Below, in pieces: positions 13,813-28,275 of a stretch of 64,000 nucleotides of DNA (its first letter is position 1; every line of letters begins with the position of its first letter). The position numbers were made by a program, and so were the translations under genes. The notes beneath the pieces were generated by a model. That model did no database searches. It was not told where the DNA came from and saw only the letters and a list, made by a program, of their open reading frames with translations. The DNA comes from Eledone cirrhosa (lineage: Eukaryota), in the NCBI GenBank assembly GCA_964016885.1, contig OZ024742.1, forward strand, positions 314,712,001-314,776,000, written 5' to 3'.

Positions 13813-16800
13813 CAGCCTCAGATATTCAGGACATATCGGAGGGTTCTTGCTGTTCCCAGCAAGCATGCCTTTTGAAGTGTTCCAAAAAGCGGGGCCTGAT
13901 CAATTTTCTTTAACCATCCTTGGAGACTCTTTGAGATAGTACCTAGTGCGCCTATAACAATCGGGACCACTTTGACCTCATGGCAGTTCCAAATCCTTTT
14001 TACCTCCCACTTTAAGTCCTGATATCGGTTAATTTTCTCCCTCTCCTTCTCTTGCACTCTCGTGTCGAATGGGCAGGCTACATCCACAATCAGGCACGAT
14101 CTTTTTCCCTTGTCCAAAACCACCTGGTCAGGTCTATTGTGTTCCATTTTCTTGTCCGTCTGTATCATAAAATCCCACAGCCCCTTCACCTGATCGTTTT
14201 CTATCACTGACTCTGGCTTATGCTCATACCACTTCTCAGAATGTGGTAAATTGTTTACTTTGTATAGGTGCCAGTGGATCACCCTGCCCATCACATCATG
14301 TCTCCAGCCCTTATAGTGACTCTGGGCTAGGTGTTTACACTCTGATACAATGTGAGCCACAGTCTCCTCTCTTTCTCTCTCTCCACAGATCCTGCACAGT
14401 GGGCTAGCCTCCTCCTTGTAAATATGGTTTTTCAACCACTTCGTTTTGAGGACCTGCTCTTGCGCAGCCATTAACATTCCTTCTGTAGCCTTTTTAAGGT
14501 CTCCTCTTTTCAACCAGTTCCATGTCTGTGGATCTCTGAATTCAGTTTTCTTATGAAGGCTGCTCTTTCTCCTTGTTGTTATTTCCTCCTTGGACATCCC
14601 CTGGTCTATTGTCCTCTTCTCCTTCAGTACAATTCTGAGCATTGGCTCCTTACTATCAGTCACGTATTTGTGTAGGTTGGTTTTCTCCATCTGAACACTG
14701 TCCTCTATGCTGATAAGGCCTATTCCATCTTCAGATCTCGTTAAGTAGAGTCTATCGACATCACTCCTCTTGTGGAACATGTTGTGGATAGTCAATAGCT
14801 TCCTAGTCTTCCTATCCATTTCTTTTTGTTCAGCAACATTCCATCTCAGAATTCCCGCACTGTACCTAATAATCGACACAGCTCGGGAATTTACTGCACT
14901 TATGGCATTCCTACTGTTCAGATATGACTTTAATACGCTCCTTACTCTCCGAATGTATTCAGATCTTATAAATTCCTTCATTTTTTGTTCTTCATGTCAT
15001 CAGCCTCCAGAACACCCAAATACTTGTATCCTTCTTCAGTGTCAATTCCCTTTTTTCATCTCACCTGTTGGTACCTGGATTCCGTTTCTTCTGCTCAATT
15101 TACCCCTCTTCATCACAAGGACTCGACACTTACTAATACCAAATTGCATACATATATCATTGGTGAAAATACGGACAGTGTCAAGAAGCACATCCAACTC
15201 CTTCTCACTCTTCCCGAAGAGCTTAAGATCGTCCATGAAGAGGAAGTGATTGATGGTAAGCCCTCCCTTTCCCAACTTGTATCCTGCTCTCACTTTTCTC
15301 AGTATAATGGTCAGGGGCATCAGGGCAAGGACAGACAACAGAGGGTACAGACTATCTCCATGGAAGATACCTCTCTTGATCTTCACCCCTCACAAGGATT
15401 CTCCAGCTGATGTTAACTCTGTTTTCCAGGACTACATACTTTTGCCCAACAACTGTCTGATGTTATCTGCCACCCTGAAGATCTCCAGGCTTTTAGTGAT
15501 CTGAGAATGAGGCACCATGTCAAATGCCTTTTTGTAGTCTATCCATCCCATGGCAAGACCAGTGTGTCTCCTCTTGCAATTCCTCATTACCATCCTATCA
15601 ATAAGTAACTGGTCATTTGTACCACGGGACTTCTTTCGGCATCCTTTCTGTTCGTCCGGTGACAAGTTGTTTGTGTGGAGGTGATGGTAGATTTCCTCAG
15701 ACATAATGCTTGTCAACAGTTTCCACATTACGGACAGACATGTGATAGGTCTATAGTTGGTAACATCATTACCCTTGATTCGGTCTTTCATTACCAGAAC
15801 TGTGGTACTTTTTCTCAACCACTCTGGTACCTCACCTGACATCAAGCAGTCATTGAGCATGGTTGTCAGTTTGGGGTGGAGGGATGTTATATTTTTAATC
15901 CAATACCCCTGCACACCATCTGGGCCTGGTGATTTCCAGTTGGTTAGTTTTATTGCCCTTTAAGAGTTTCAACTGTGATACTCAAATCAGTTTGTTGGTG
16001 TGCCTGTTCACTAATCTCCTTCTGTACTGTCTCAATCCACACTGCCTGGTCATTATGTTTAACATCCTGCTCCCATATTCCTCTCCAGAATGTCTTAGTT
16101 TGTTCCGCCTCAGGGATCAAGTCGTTGCCTCTTTCTTTCCCTTCAAGCTGTCCAAACAGCATCTTCTGGTTGTTGTCAAACATGCGGTTCTGTCTATACT
16201 GACTGACTCTGCTCTCGTATCGCCTAATTTTTGCACTCTTTGCTACAATGCGTAGCTTCAGTTCCTCTATGATAATGTTTAGCTTTTTCCTCCTAGTTTT
16301 GTACTTTATTTCCAGTCTATTTTTAGTGTCTATGTTTTTTAGTGTCCCATTCAGTAGGGATTCAAGCTTTCCAATGTCATTTCTCATTTCCCTGATTTGA
16401 CCATTCAGTCGTTTCTTCCACCAAGGTTCTGATCTTTCTTTGTTGTTTCCTCTCATTTTTATGCCAAGTAATTTCCTCACCGCATTTGCTGTTGCTTTGA
16501 GGATATTGTTGCACTGGTGAAGGCTCCTCGCCTCAAGGTATGGCATGACTTTGTTTACCTTAGTTGTTGTTTCTTTTAACTTTTTCCTGTCTACAAATCT
16601 TAGGTTCATAGGTTTCCCACTATCATTGTTCAATTCATCTACCACTAAGTTTAGGATATCAGCCAAATCTTGTCCTAGCCCGTCAGCATTCATTTCCTCA
16701 ATTGGCGTATCTCTGTTCCAGGTATTATTTATTTCAGCATTCAGATCATTGTCTGCTTCGGATGGTTCCTCCGTTCTCTCAACCTCTTCACCTTCATTTC

Positions 16801-17305
16801 CCACTGGCTCGTTTGCCTGGCATACTCCACTCTCCATTTCCAAGCTAATCTCTCTGCTCCGTTCCTCCAGTTCCAGCTCGCTTATCCACCCATTAGTTCT
16901 TATTACCCGAGACTGCCCGGCCAATTTTGGTTCATCTAATTTAAATAGACCAATCTCGTTCCAGATGTTATGCATCTGTTTCCTATAGCCTTTCTCCTTG
17001 GGGTTACTCTTCAGGTAACATTGCATTACAGTTCTATTCAATTCTTTCGTCCAGTTGGTTCTGGTCCCTTTCCTTCTTCTTCTTCCTCCGACACCAGCAG
17101 TATTTGGTTGACAGCCAGGTCCATGCTGCTGAGCCAGGGAGCACCTGCTGGGTGAGAGTCTGTCACATGACATTCCAGTCTCCATTTCACCGTTATTCGA
17201 ACTCTTTAGGTTCGATATTTAAACACTCTTATCGAGGATTGGTGAATGTATGGTTACATAACCACCGGTGATTTTAGTGTGGCACTATCACACTGTAGAC
17301 GAACA
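13813..17305 (-). mobile_element. Near full-length R4/Dong-clade non-LTR retrotransposon (RT + CCHC + RLE), frameshifted
   Basis: Consecutive ORFs 17185-13818: NYRPITCL, WIDYKKAFDMVPH, RGIFHGDSL, FMDDLK, CRICG..ETVAHIVSEC, RHD, NRPD. Confidence 0.93.
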
Positions 17306-18184
17306 TAAATAAACAAACAACAAATAGGTAAAAAAAAAAACCAAAAGAATAAGTATAAGTTTCATTGTAATGTAATGTTTGAATGTCTTACTTAGTTTTT
17401 TGTTTCTTTTTCCTTCTCTGTCTGTCTATTTGTTTTTCTTTTCATTTTTCTTTTCTTTACGTTTTTCGTTGTTGCTGTGCTGTTTTTATTTTTTATTTTT
17501 GTTTTTTAAATTTTTTTGACCGGGTCATCAAATCAGTCTATTTATATCTTTTGATGCCTTCGTCTTTTAGTGGGGACACTACGATGAATGTCTTAGCAGG
17601 AGGTAGTGGGAGAGAATAACGGCGGTCCTGATAATGAGGTAGTGGTGGTGGTGGTGGTGGTGGTGGTGGTGCTGTGCTAGTAGTACTTAGCAGGAGTTAT
17701 TGGGAGAGAATAGCGGCGGTAGTGATAATGAGGCAGTGGTGGTGGTGATGTGATCGTAGTAATGTAGTGATGGTGTTGAAGTTAAAGTAGAAATAGAAGT
17801 TGAGGTAACTTGACTAGAGTTTTTGGCGTGGTAGTGGTGATGGTGGCGGTGGTGGTGTTGGTGGTGAAATTATTTGCCTGTCAGTTCACTTAGCCATTTA
17901 GCTATTTATCTATTTTGCCATTTTCCTCTTTTTCGACTATAACATTTCTGATCCAAAATTAAATATTAAATATTGGGGCCCTATGCCGTAAAGTGATGCG
18001 TTATGGCTTGCTGAGCGTTAAAAACTGTAATCTTATACTTCATTTGTAATAAGAATTATTCTATCACAGTTGTTTTAATTAAGTAAAAATCAAAAACTTA
18101 CGGGAGCGATTCCATAACGATATATATCCACCATTATTATTATTGTCCCCTACATGTCGGCCCTTGTGGTTAATAAATGAAATC

Positions 18185-18217
<33 letters not shown>

Positions 18218-18227
18218 GTTGTTATTA

Positions 18228-18800
18228 CTCTTTGAGTCTCAGTCATTGATGTTAGTTAACTGGAAAGTTTGTTGAAATGAATATCAAGCCACTACCTGCA
18301 GCCACTGATATTCAGGACGTATCGGAGGGTTCTTGCTGTTCCCAGCAGGCATGCCATTTGAAGCGTTCCAAAAAGCGTGAAGTGGCCAATTTTCTTTAAC
18401 CATCCCTGGAAACTTTTTGAGATAGTCCCTAGTGCGCCTATGACAATCGGGATCACTTTGACATCATGGCAGTTCCAAATCCATTTTACTTCCCACTTTA
18501 AGTCCTGATATCGGTTAATTTTCTCCCTCCCCTTCTCTTACACTCTCGTGTCGAATGGGCAGGCCACATCCACAATCAGGCACGATCTTTTTTCTTTATC
18601 CACAACCACCAGGTCAGGTCTATTGTGTTCCAGTTTCTTGTCCATCTGTATCCTAAAATCCCACAGCACCTTCACCTGATCGTTTTCAAAAATCACCGCC
18701 TCCGGCTTATGCTCATACCACTTCTCAGAATGTGGTAAATTGTTTACTTTGCATAGGTGCCAGTGGATCACCCTGCCCATCACATCATGTCTCCAACCCT
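18228..18800 (-). mobile_element. 5'-truncated copy of the same R4/Dong family, inserted in (TAA)n
   Basis: Highly similar to 13818-14310, retains the 3' UTR, and has (TAT)n runs on both sides. Confidence 0.9.
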
Positions 18801-19131
18801 TTATTATTATAAATTATTATTATTATTTTCGTCATAGCTATTTATTATCTTATTGTTTTTTGATTGAGGAAAGTGTATAATATACTAAGCTGAATAAAAA
18901 AGAATGAAATGATTGCTGCAAAAAAGTATTTTTAGCTATATTTAAATCACGAGTTATATCGAGATATTTATGAAACACGTTAATAACATGATAAACTGAG
19001 CCTAAATGAATGTAACTTTGCATTATCATATACCTTAAAGATTCTATCCATGAATAGAAAAAGGTCTCATCAACGTCAATAAGATGAATACAACTTCACA
19101 TACATACATGCATGCATACATCCATACATAC

Positions 19132-19264
<133 letters not shown>

Positions 19265-19270
19265 TGTGTA

Positions 19271-19317
<47 letters not shown>

Positions 19318-19339
19318 CAAATATACATATATATATATA

Positions 19340-19734
19340 TATATTAATAAGAGGAATTCCAACTTTGTCTGATTTACTCGTTTTATTTACAATCCTTTAA
19401 AATATATATAATGGTATTATAATGAAATAGTATGATAGAATATTAAATTCTAAGTGTTAATTGAACAAGTACTTTCATGCTTTCGCAATCTTCAGGTTCA
19501 TGATATGTGGTGACAGTCGAGTTTGCAATTTTCAACTGTTGAAAATTGCAAACTCGACTGTCACCACATATCATGAACCTGAAGATTGCGAAAGCATGAA
19601 AGTACTTGTTCAATTAACACTTAGAATTTAATATTCTATCATACTATTTCATTATAATACCATTATATATATTTTAAAGGATTGTAAATAAAACGAGTAA
19701 ATCAGACAAAGTTGGAATTCCTCTTATTAATATA
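19340..19734. repeat. Perfect palindrome, 197-bp arms, 1-nt loop (centre 19537)
   Basis: Arms read as exact reverse complements; embedded in (TA)n. Confidence 0.93.
19574..19612 (+). ncRNA. Minimal type I hammerhead ribozyme (mirror copy on the minus strand at 19462-19500)
   Basis: TGAAC-CTGAAGA-tTGC gaaa GCAt-GAAA-GTAC-TT-GTTCA: stem I, core, tetraloop stem II and palindromic stem III. Confidence 0.72.
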
Positions 19735-19849
19735 ATCTTCTATACACAATCATACACACCCGTGTATATTTACCTATCTATATCTATATATATATATATA
19801 TATATACATATGTATATATAAATATACATATGTATATATATACACATAC

Positions 19850-19943
<94 letters not shown>

Positions 19944-19975
19944 GTATATATATATACATATGTATATATATATAC

Positions 19976-20012
<37 letters not shown>

Positions 20013-20235
20013 AAAGTTTTATTTAAGATTGTTGGATTACAACGAGTAAATATTTTATAACTGATATAAAAGCACTCAACAGTTTCTGGAGTAGGTTTAC
20101 GATATTAAACAAATGGAAATTATATTTATAAAACCATATTTATTTCGTTATATATATTTCTGGGATATCATATTAAAAATATGGTATGCCTGCCTCAGAC
20201 AAAATACAATACATAAGCTGTTTTATAAATAATTA

Positions 20236-20850
20236 GTGACATACCTTGTAATAATGCAACTTCCTTTTAAAAAGTTTTTATCAATTTTTAATAGACATAC
20301 TATAAAATTAACGTACTCGTCCACCAAAAATTTAGTACAAAATATTAATAGAATAAATAATAGGAATCTAAAACCTAGCCAAAATACCGAAAATAGCCTA
20401 AACAATATTCAACTAAAAAACTGTAACTGTAGAGATAGATCTAAATGTCCGCTAAATAACAATTGCTTAGTTAAAAATATAATATACAACTGTAATGTTA
20501 GAACTGATTTAAATTCTTTTAATTATGTTGGTTCCACCTCGACAGAATTTAAACTTCGCTATAATAATCACAAAAATTCTTTCACGGATCCAAATAAAAA
20601 ATCCTCAACATCGCTGTCAGGGTTACTCTGGCAACTTAAGCATGATAAAGTTGGATATTCGATGGTTTGGAATATAGTCTCAAAAGGGATTCCTTTTAAT
20701 TCCTCTTCTGAGACTTGTGACCTCTGCGCGGAGGAGATATTCTTTATATTAAAATCTAAAAATTCCCTTAATTTACGAACCAATTTATTCAGCTGTTGCA
20801 GACATAGATTGAACTCAACATTTAAATATAAATATAAATTTAAAATATAG
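20236..20850 (+). pseudogene. Penelope-like element C-terminal GIY-YIG endonuclease (Neptune-like, Cys-rich)
   Basis: CNCRDRSKCPLNNNCL-NIIY...YVGST..FKLRYNNH...CDLCAEE...LN...CCRH. Open frame, but the RT is missing. Confidence 0.85.
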
Positions 20851-22053
20851 TATAAAATGTAGTATATTTACTTAAGGTATTTGACTATTTATGATACTTG
20901 GCGATAAATCTTTCGATTCCTTCAATTTTTTTAAAAACCTTTCTGCATGAATATATAATTAATGAGATTAAATAAACTACCCTAAAATTGGCGTTGTTCC
21001 CAATCTTTTGAATACATTTTTTAAGCTGGATAAACTTCTATAATAAATATAAGAGCATTTGTAGAATAAGTTTTGAATGATTTCTGCTAAATAAGGCTTG
21101 GTGAACAATTTTGGTTTTGTTTGCTTTTGACTCTGATTTTATGACCGATATGCGTGGCATACTATGTTCTCTTGCGTCCCTAGATACTCTGTGGAGTGAC
21201 GAAGATATTCTTGGCGTTTTTAATTTTAATATTGATATCTGTTGTCTACTCTATGCTTGATCGATGATCATGCAAGTGAGGCTGGAATGTTATTTTAGAT
21301 GTTAATGTATATCTTATATGTTTTGTGTCTATACATATGTATATATGTATGTAAATGTATGTAGGGTGGAATCTTTTCTAACGCATTGAAGTTTTTCATG
21401 AAATATAAGAATCAGTGCAGCGTATCACGTAGGTTCACATGTGCGTCTATATTTATCAACTTGAATTTGAGATAACCTTCTCTTTTCTTTTTTCACGAGA
21501 ATGCATATATACTTATGTTTGAAGTTTTATCTCAGATTTTGCTTATAGACCTAAGAATTTTTAAACTGAGCATGTGGTCATCTTTTCACACATTATGGAT
21601 ATGTCTCATTCATGAATACTGATATTTACATTATAATACCTAATTCATAAAAATTGATAATTCAATGAGACATAATATATTTTTTATATATTTTAAATAT
21701 ATCATCTTTCTTTCTTTTTCTCCTATACACTAGTTTAACTGTATCCCTTCCCTTAACCTCTCACATATACGATGATCATCTGTCAAAAAGCAGCCTACTA
21801 TGTTTTTCACCTCCTCAATGTATTTCTCTCTCTCCTTGTCTCTCTATCTCGCTCCGTTGTTTTTCTTTACATACATCTCTTCATCTTCTTCTTTTCTTTA
21901 TTTACATACATCTCTTCATCTTCTTCTTCTCATCTTCGTTTTTCTTTCTATATAACTATCATAACAGTTTCACTACCAAATCAACTTTTTAAAAGGAAGT
22001 TGCATTATTACAAGGTATGTCACTAATTATTTATAAAACAGCTTATATATTGC

Positions 22054-22117
22054 ATTTTGTCTGAGGAAGGCATACCATATTTTTAATATGATATCCCAGA
22101 AATATATATAACGAAAT
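22054..22117 (+). ncRNA. Type I hammerhead ribozyme in the PLE 3' pLTR
   Basis: ATTTTGT-CTGAGGA-(imperfect long stem II)-GAAA-TATATA-TA-ACGAAAT. The inverted copy at about 20142-20205 has core CTGAGGC. Confidence 0.75.
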
Positions 22118-22159
22118 AAATATGGTTTTATAAATATAATTTCCATTTGTTTAATATCG

Positions 22160-22190
<31 letters not shown>

Positions 22191-22200
22191 ACATATATAT

Positions 22201-22270
<70 letters not shown>

Positions 22271-22276
22271 ACATAC

Positions 22277-22335
<59 letters not shown>

Positions 22336-22376
22336 TATACACATACATATATATATATATATATATACATATATAC

Positions 22377-22407
<31 letters not shown>

Positions 22408-22544
22408 CATATTCATTAGTTAAGCAAAACAAGAGCACAGTTCACCAATCTCTCCTCTCCTACCTCCATCTCTCTCTTTAAGATTGGTTACTCTTGAACT
22501 GTATATATATACATATATATATATATACATAAACATACATATAT

Positions 22545-22625
<81 letters not shown>

Positions 22626-22731
22626 CATACATATATATACATACATATATACATATATATTCATACATACATAGATATATTATATATATATATATATATA
22701 TATAAATACATATATACATAAATATATATAC

Positions 22732-22795
<64 letters not shown>

Positions 22796-23344
22796 GGCGT
22801 TTCAGTCAACTAACTAAGGCACATTCTTTTTGACAGTCCCTGTAAACAGAAATACCGTACAATGCATAGTTTTGGGGGTCCGTTTGCATGTGGCTTCTTT
22901 GATGACACCTAACGTCACATTTTACAAATTATATCCACCTGCATGCCTGGTCCTCAGCGAAACTGGCCTTAAGCCCTTTAAGTTCACACAAGGGTTTCTT
23001 TCAAATTATCCTTTCTTCCACTTGGCACTGCCTTCCACCAGGAAAAGCAATCTAGACCAAGGTTCTCCAAACCATTCCCAGATACGCAAGTGTCCCTGTG
23101 TGTAATAGCAACTCAATCAGTTGCCAAATATATTAACATTCCAGCTCTGGTGTCGAGGTTTACTCTATAACCCTTTTTCGTTTCCTCTCTCGCACTCAGA
23201 CATGGAGAGGAATGGCATACGCCATAGTTAAAAGTGCTGAAGACGGCACAACTATGATTTCATTGGAAACCATGGATCCACATGCACACGCACACACATA
23301 AGCATATGTATATAATTATCCATGCCAGATTTCACAAATCTAGC

Positions 23345-23397
<53 letters not shown>

Positions 23398-23495
23398 GTG
23401 TTAGAACACTGGAAGGTAATATCCGTAGTGGTAGAGCACTCAGTCCATGGGACGAGTTACGGAGAACTGGTTACACAACAGTTAGTTCACCATAC

Positions 23496-23533
23496 CGAGA
23501 ACAATTGTTTCACCTTAGCGGATCCTCAGCTCG
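23496..23533 (-). ncRNA. Minimal type I hammerhead ribozyme
   Basis: CGAG-CTGAGGA-tCC gctaa GGt-GAAA-CAATTG-TT-CTCG; related mutated copies form the hairpin at 28333-28486. Confidence 0.65.
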
Positions 23534-24132
23534 TAATGGGCATGATTGTACGGAACAGGCGGTTGTCCTTCCTGTTCTATATATATTTGATAATGTTTTC
23601 AAAAAAACTAATTAACCCGCGTGTATATTATTATTTTTTTCCTCATTTCGTGGATCGTGGGATGTCTCCCCTTCCCGCTTCGTGTCGCTATGATACTTCC
23701 TCAGTCAAAAACTTCTGGAATTTCAAATTTGGCGGTCATTCGAGGCGAGAGAGAGCAACTTTACGGACACGATTTTTGACAACGGTAAGACATTATTTTC
23801 TTATATCAAAGTTTAACGGGCTTCCACTGATGATTTATAAGTGGCCACCTAAATATATTCTTACATGAATATATATTAGGCTTCTACATAAACTGGAAAC
23901 ATACTCCCAACTTGTAGAAAACTTATAATGAAACAATTGTTTGGAGAGAGAGATATACTTTAACTTTAATTATATCTCATAAAATAATACAACTGGTTTT
24001 TTCTACATTATACATATTGTTAACACCCCAAACACTTAAATTGGGTTTATATTTAAATATAACCTAATGTTTGTTGAGTGAGATGGTTACCAGTCAGAGT
24101 TGAGCTTTAAACTATCTCTGTTATTGTATTAA

Positions 24133-24165
<33 letters not shown>

Positions 24166-24983
24166 TGCTAGGGTTGTGAAATATGGCATGCATTTATTTT
24201 ATATATATATATATGTCAGTGTTGTGAAATCTGGTATGCATTAATTTAAACGCTTCTAAATAATAAGTGTACTGTTTCTTTGCATGAACTATGTTGAAAC
24301 ATAAACTTCATTTGATTATTACTCTAATATATCCTGGTCAGCCTATGAATTTTGCAGCCGACCCTCGAACGTTTTAAATAACTTTCAACAGGATCGCTTA
24401 TAATATGTAAATTAGCACGTCCATTTTAGGATACTACTATACTAAATATGATAAGGCGTATAAGTCCTTTAAGTATTCCCTTCTAGTAATTTAGATTATA
24501 TACGTACTTTTTGATGGAAGCCCATTTAAACTTAACGAATTGGTTTTGGTTAGCATCACGTCTGAAAGGAAATACGTAAATGGCATGCTTATATGTCTAT
24601 ATACGAAAAATGTGAAAATTTATATGCAAATTTACGCTGTTCCGGTTACTTTACAGTAAGTTAACACTGCGGTTTCTTTCAAACTCTCCTTTCTTCCATC
24701 TGGCACTGCCTTCCACCAGGAAAAGCAATCTAGACCAAGATTCTCCAAACCATTCCCAGATACGCAAGTGTCCCTGTGTGTAATAGCAACTCAATGAGTT
24801 GCCAAATATATTATCAGTCTAGCTCTGGTGTCGAGGTTTTCTCTATAACACTTTTTCCTTTACTCTCTCTCTCACTCAGACATGGAGAGGAATGGCATAC
24901 GCCATAGTTAAAGGTGCTGAAGACGGCACAACTATGACTTCATTGGAAACAATGGATCCACATGGACACGCACACACATAAGC

Positions 24984-25090
<107 letters not shown>

Positions 25091-25242
25091 CATATGGAAT
25101 TGAACCATCAAGAACGTTGAGGTACGTCATACATCAAATCATGTAATTTTATCTGACGTGGACGCACTGAAAAAACAGCACAGTACCTTCGAAAAATATA
25201 TATTTTGATCATGTGAATGTCTTCATTTATTAATAATTTGAG

Positions 25243-25309
<67 letters not shown>

Positions 25310-25425
25310 TAATAATAATAAATTTGAAGACTAAAAGGGTTTACAGATTGACTTTGTTAGTTTCAGAAGATCCCGTTAAGGGTGAAAGCAGCGATTCTTT
25401 GCTTAAACTTTAATCTGTTATTTTA

Positions 25426-25530
<105 letters not shown>

Positions 25531-25545
25531 CATATATACATATAT

Positions 25546-25589
<44 letters not shown>

Positions 25590-25635
25590 GCCAGATTTCA
25601 CAACACTACCATATATATATACACATATATATAAA

Positions 25636-25696
<61 letters not shown>

Positions 25697-25736
25697 ATAT
25701 ACATATGCTAGTGTTGTAAAATCTGGCATGCATAAT

Positions 25737-25774
<38 letters not shown>

Positions 25775-25802
25775 ATGCTAGTGTTTAGAAATCTGGCATG
25801 CA

Positions 25803-26088
<286 letters not shown>

Positions 26089-26114
26089 ATTATGCCAGAT
26101 TTTACAACACTATC

Positions 26115-26178
<64 letters not shown>

Positions 26179-26199
26179 GGTAGTGTTGTGAAATCTGGC

Positions 26200-26265
<66 letters not shown>

Positions 26266-26379
26266 TAAAATAACAGATTAAAGTTTAAGCAAAGAATCGC
26301 TGATTTCACCCTTAACGGGATCTTCTGAAACTAACAAAGTCAGTCTGTAAACGCTTTTAGTCTTCAAATTTATTATTAT

Positions 26380-26441
<62 letters not shown>

Positions 26442-27332
26442 GCTAGTGTTGTGATATCTAGCATGCATTAATTTAAACTCTTCTAAATAATAAGCCCACT
26501 GTTTCTTTCCATGTTGTAAAATAAACTTCATGTTGAAAAATACTCTTCATTTGATTATCCGTCAAATATATCCTGGTCAGCCTATGAATTTTGCAGCCGA
26601 CCCTCGAACGTTTTAAATAACTTTCAACCGGATCGCTTATAATATGGAAATTAGTACATCCATTTTAGGATGCTACTATACTAAATATGATAAGGTGTAT
26701 AAGTCCTTTACGTATTCCCTTCTAGTAATTTAGATTATATACGTACTTTTTGTTGGAAGCCTATTTAAACTTAACGTTTGACGTTTGGTAGGCATCAAGT
26801 CTGAAAGGAAATACGTAAATGGCATTCTTATATGTCTATATACGAAAAATATGAAAATTTATATGCAAATTTACGCTGTTCCGGTTATTTTACAGTAAGT
26901 TCACACTGCGGTTTCTTTCAAACTCTCCTTTCTTCCATCTGGCACTGCCTTCCACCAGGAAAAGCAATCTAGACCAAGGTTCTCCAAACCATTCCCAGAT
27001 ACGCAAGTGTCCCTGTGTGTAATAGCAACTCAATCAGTTGCCAAATATATTATCAGTCTAGCTCTGGTGTCGAGGTTTACTCTATAACCCTTTTTCGTTT
27101 CCTCTCTCTCACTCAGACATGGAGAGGAATGGCATACACCATAGTTAAAGGTGCTGAAGACGGCACAACTATGATTTCATTCGAAACAATGGATACACAT
27201 GCACACGCACACACATAAGCATATGTGTATATATATATATATATATATATGTATATTTATATATATATATATATATATCTATCTATATATATATATATAT
27301 ATGTATTTGTATATACATCTATATCTATATAT

Positions 27333-27363
<31 letters not shown>

Positions 27364-27372
27364 TATATATAT

Positions 27373-28216
27373 ACAAATTTAAGATAAATCAAAGTGAATT
27401 TAATCTAAATCAAAATTATGGGTGTCATGCCTGAAAGTCATGTGCCATATCACCCGTAAAATAAACCCCAATATTCTAATGAATAGGTCCGAGCATTTTA
27501 TAACAAATAGAAATTGATTAACATATAAATAAACATATGAAACAATCACAGGGGATAATTTTAATTTTAATTTTAAAACTTGTAAAAATTGTAAAAATTA
27601 TCCCCTGTGATTGTTTCATATGTTTATTTATATGTTAATCAATTTCTATGTTATAAAATGCTCGGACCTATTCATTAGAATCTTGGGGTTTATTTTACGG
27701 GTGATATGGCGCATGCCTTTCTGGCATGACACCCATAATTTTGATTTAGATTAAATTCACTTTGATTTATCTTAATTTTGGGTATAGATATATAAATACG
27801 GCCCCTTAATTGTAGAGGTAACTCTGTTGAAAGGACTTGACTGCTGTTTCTAGTTGTCGATAACCCTATTCACGCCACTGGGACGAAGCTGGTATGATGT
27901 GTGTATTTTTAGTAGATACAGCACGTGTTACTGGCCAGTCGCTGATTTGAACTTAATGCGTAAACACAGATGGCTGGACTTCTTCCTTGTTGAAAATCCA
28001 AGTATCGGCCTCCGTGGTTTACCATTCGATTAATTGGTGAAATATATTTCTTTAATGGAATATATAGAGGGAAGATTAATCATAAGGTATCTATTTTTGA
28101 AGTTCTAGTTAACTTTATTTAGTTACCTACCTAGCTATGTCTGCTAACACACTTGTAAAAATTATCCCCTGTGATTGTTTCATATGTTTTTTTATATGTT
28201 AATCAATTTCTAGTTG

Positions 28217-28222
<6 letters not shown>
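27373..28222. mobile_element. Foldback element: inverted arms of about 190 bp (27373-27562 / 27593-27780) plus a partial direct repeat (28151-28222)
   Basis: Inverted-plus-direct terminal repeat layout typical of Penelope pLTR insertions; flanked by (TA)n. Confidence 0.7.

Positions 28223-28275
<53 letters not shown>

Larger units (their letters stand above)
20010..22161 (+). mobile_element. 5'-truncated Penelope-like element with inverted pseudo-LTR (20098-20276 vs 21983-22161)
   Basis: GIY-YIG ORF between about 180-bp inverted repeats that carry a hammerhead; flanked by (TA)n. Confidence 0.85.

Noticed and set aside
17186-17305. HDV-like ribozyme at the R4 element 5' end
   Set aside because: Could not fit the nested double pseudoknot by eye.
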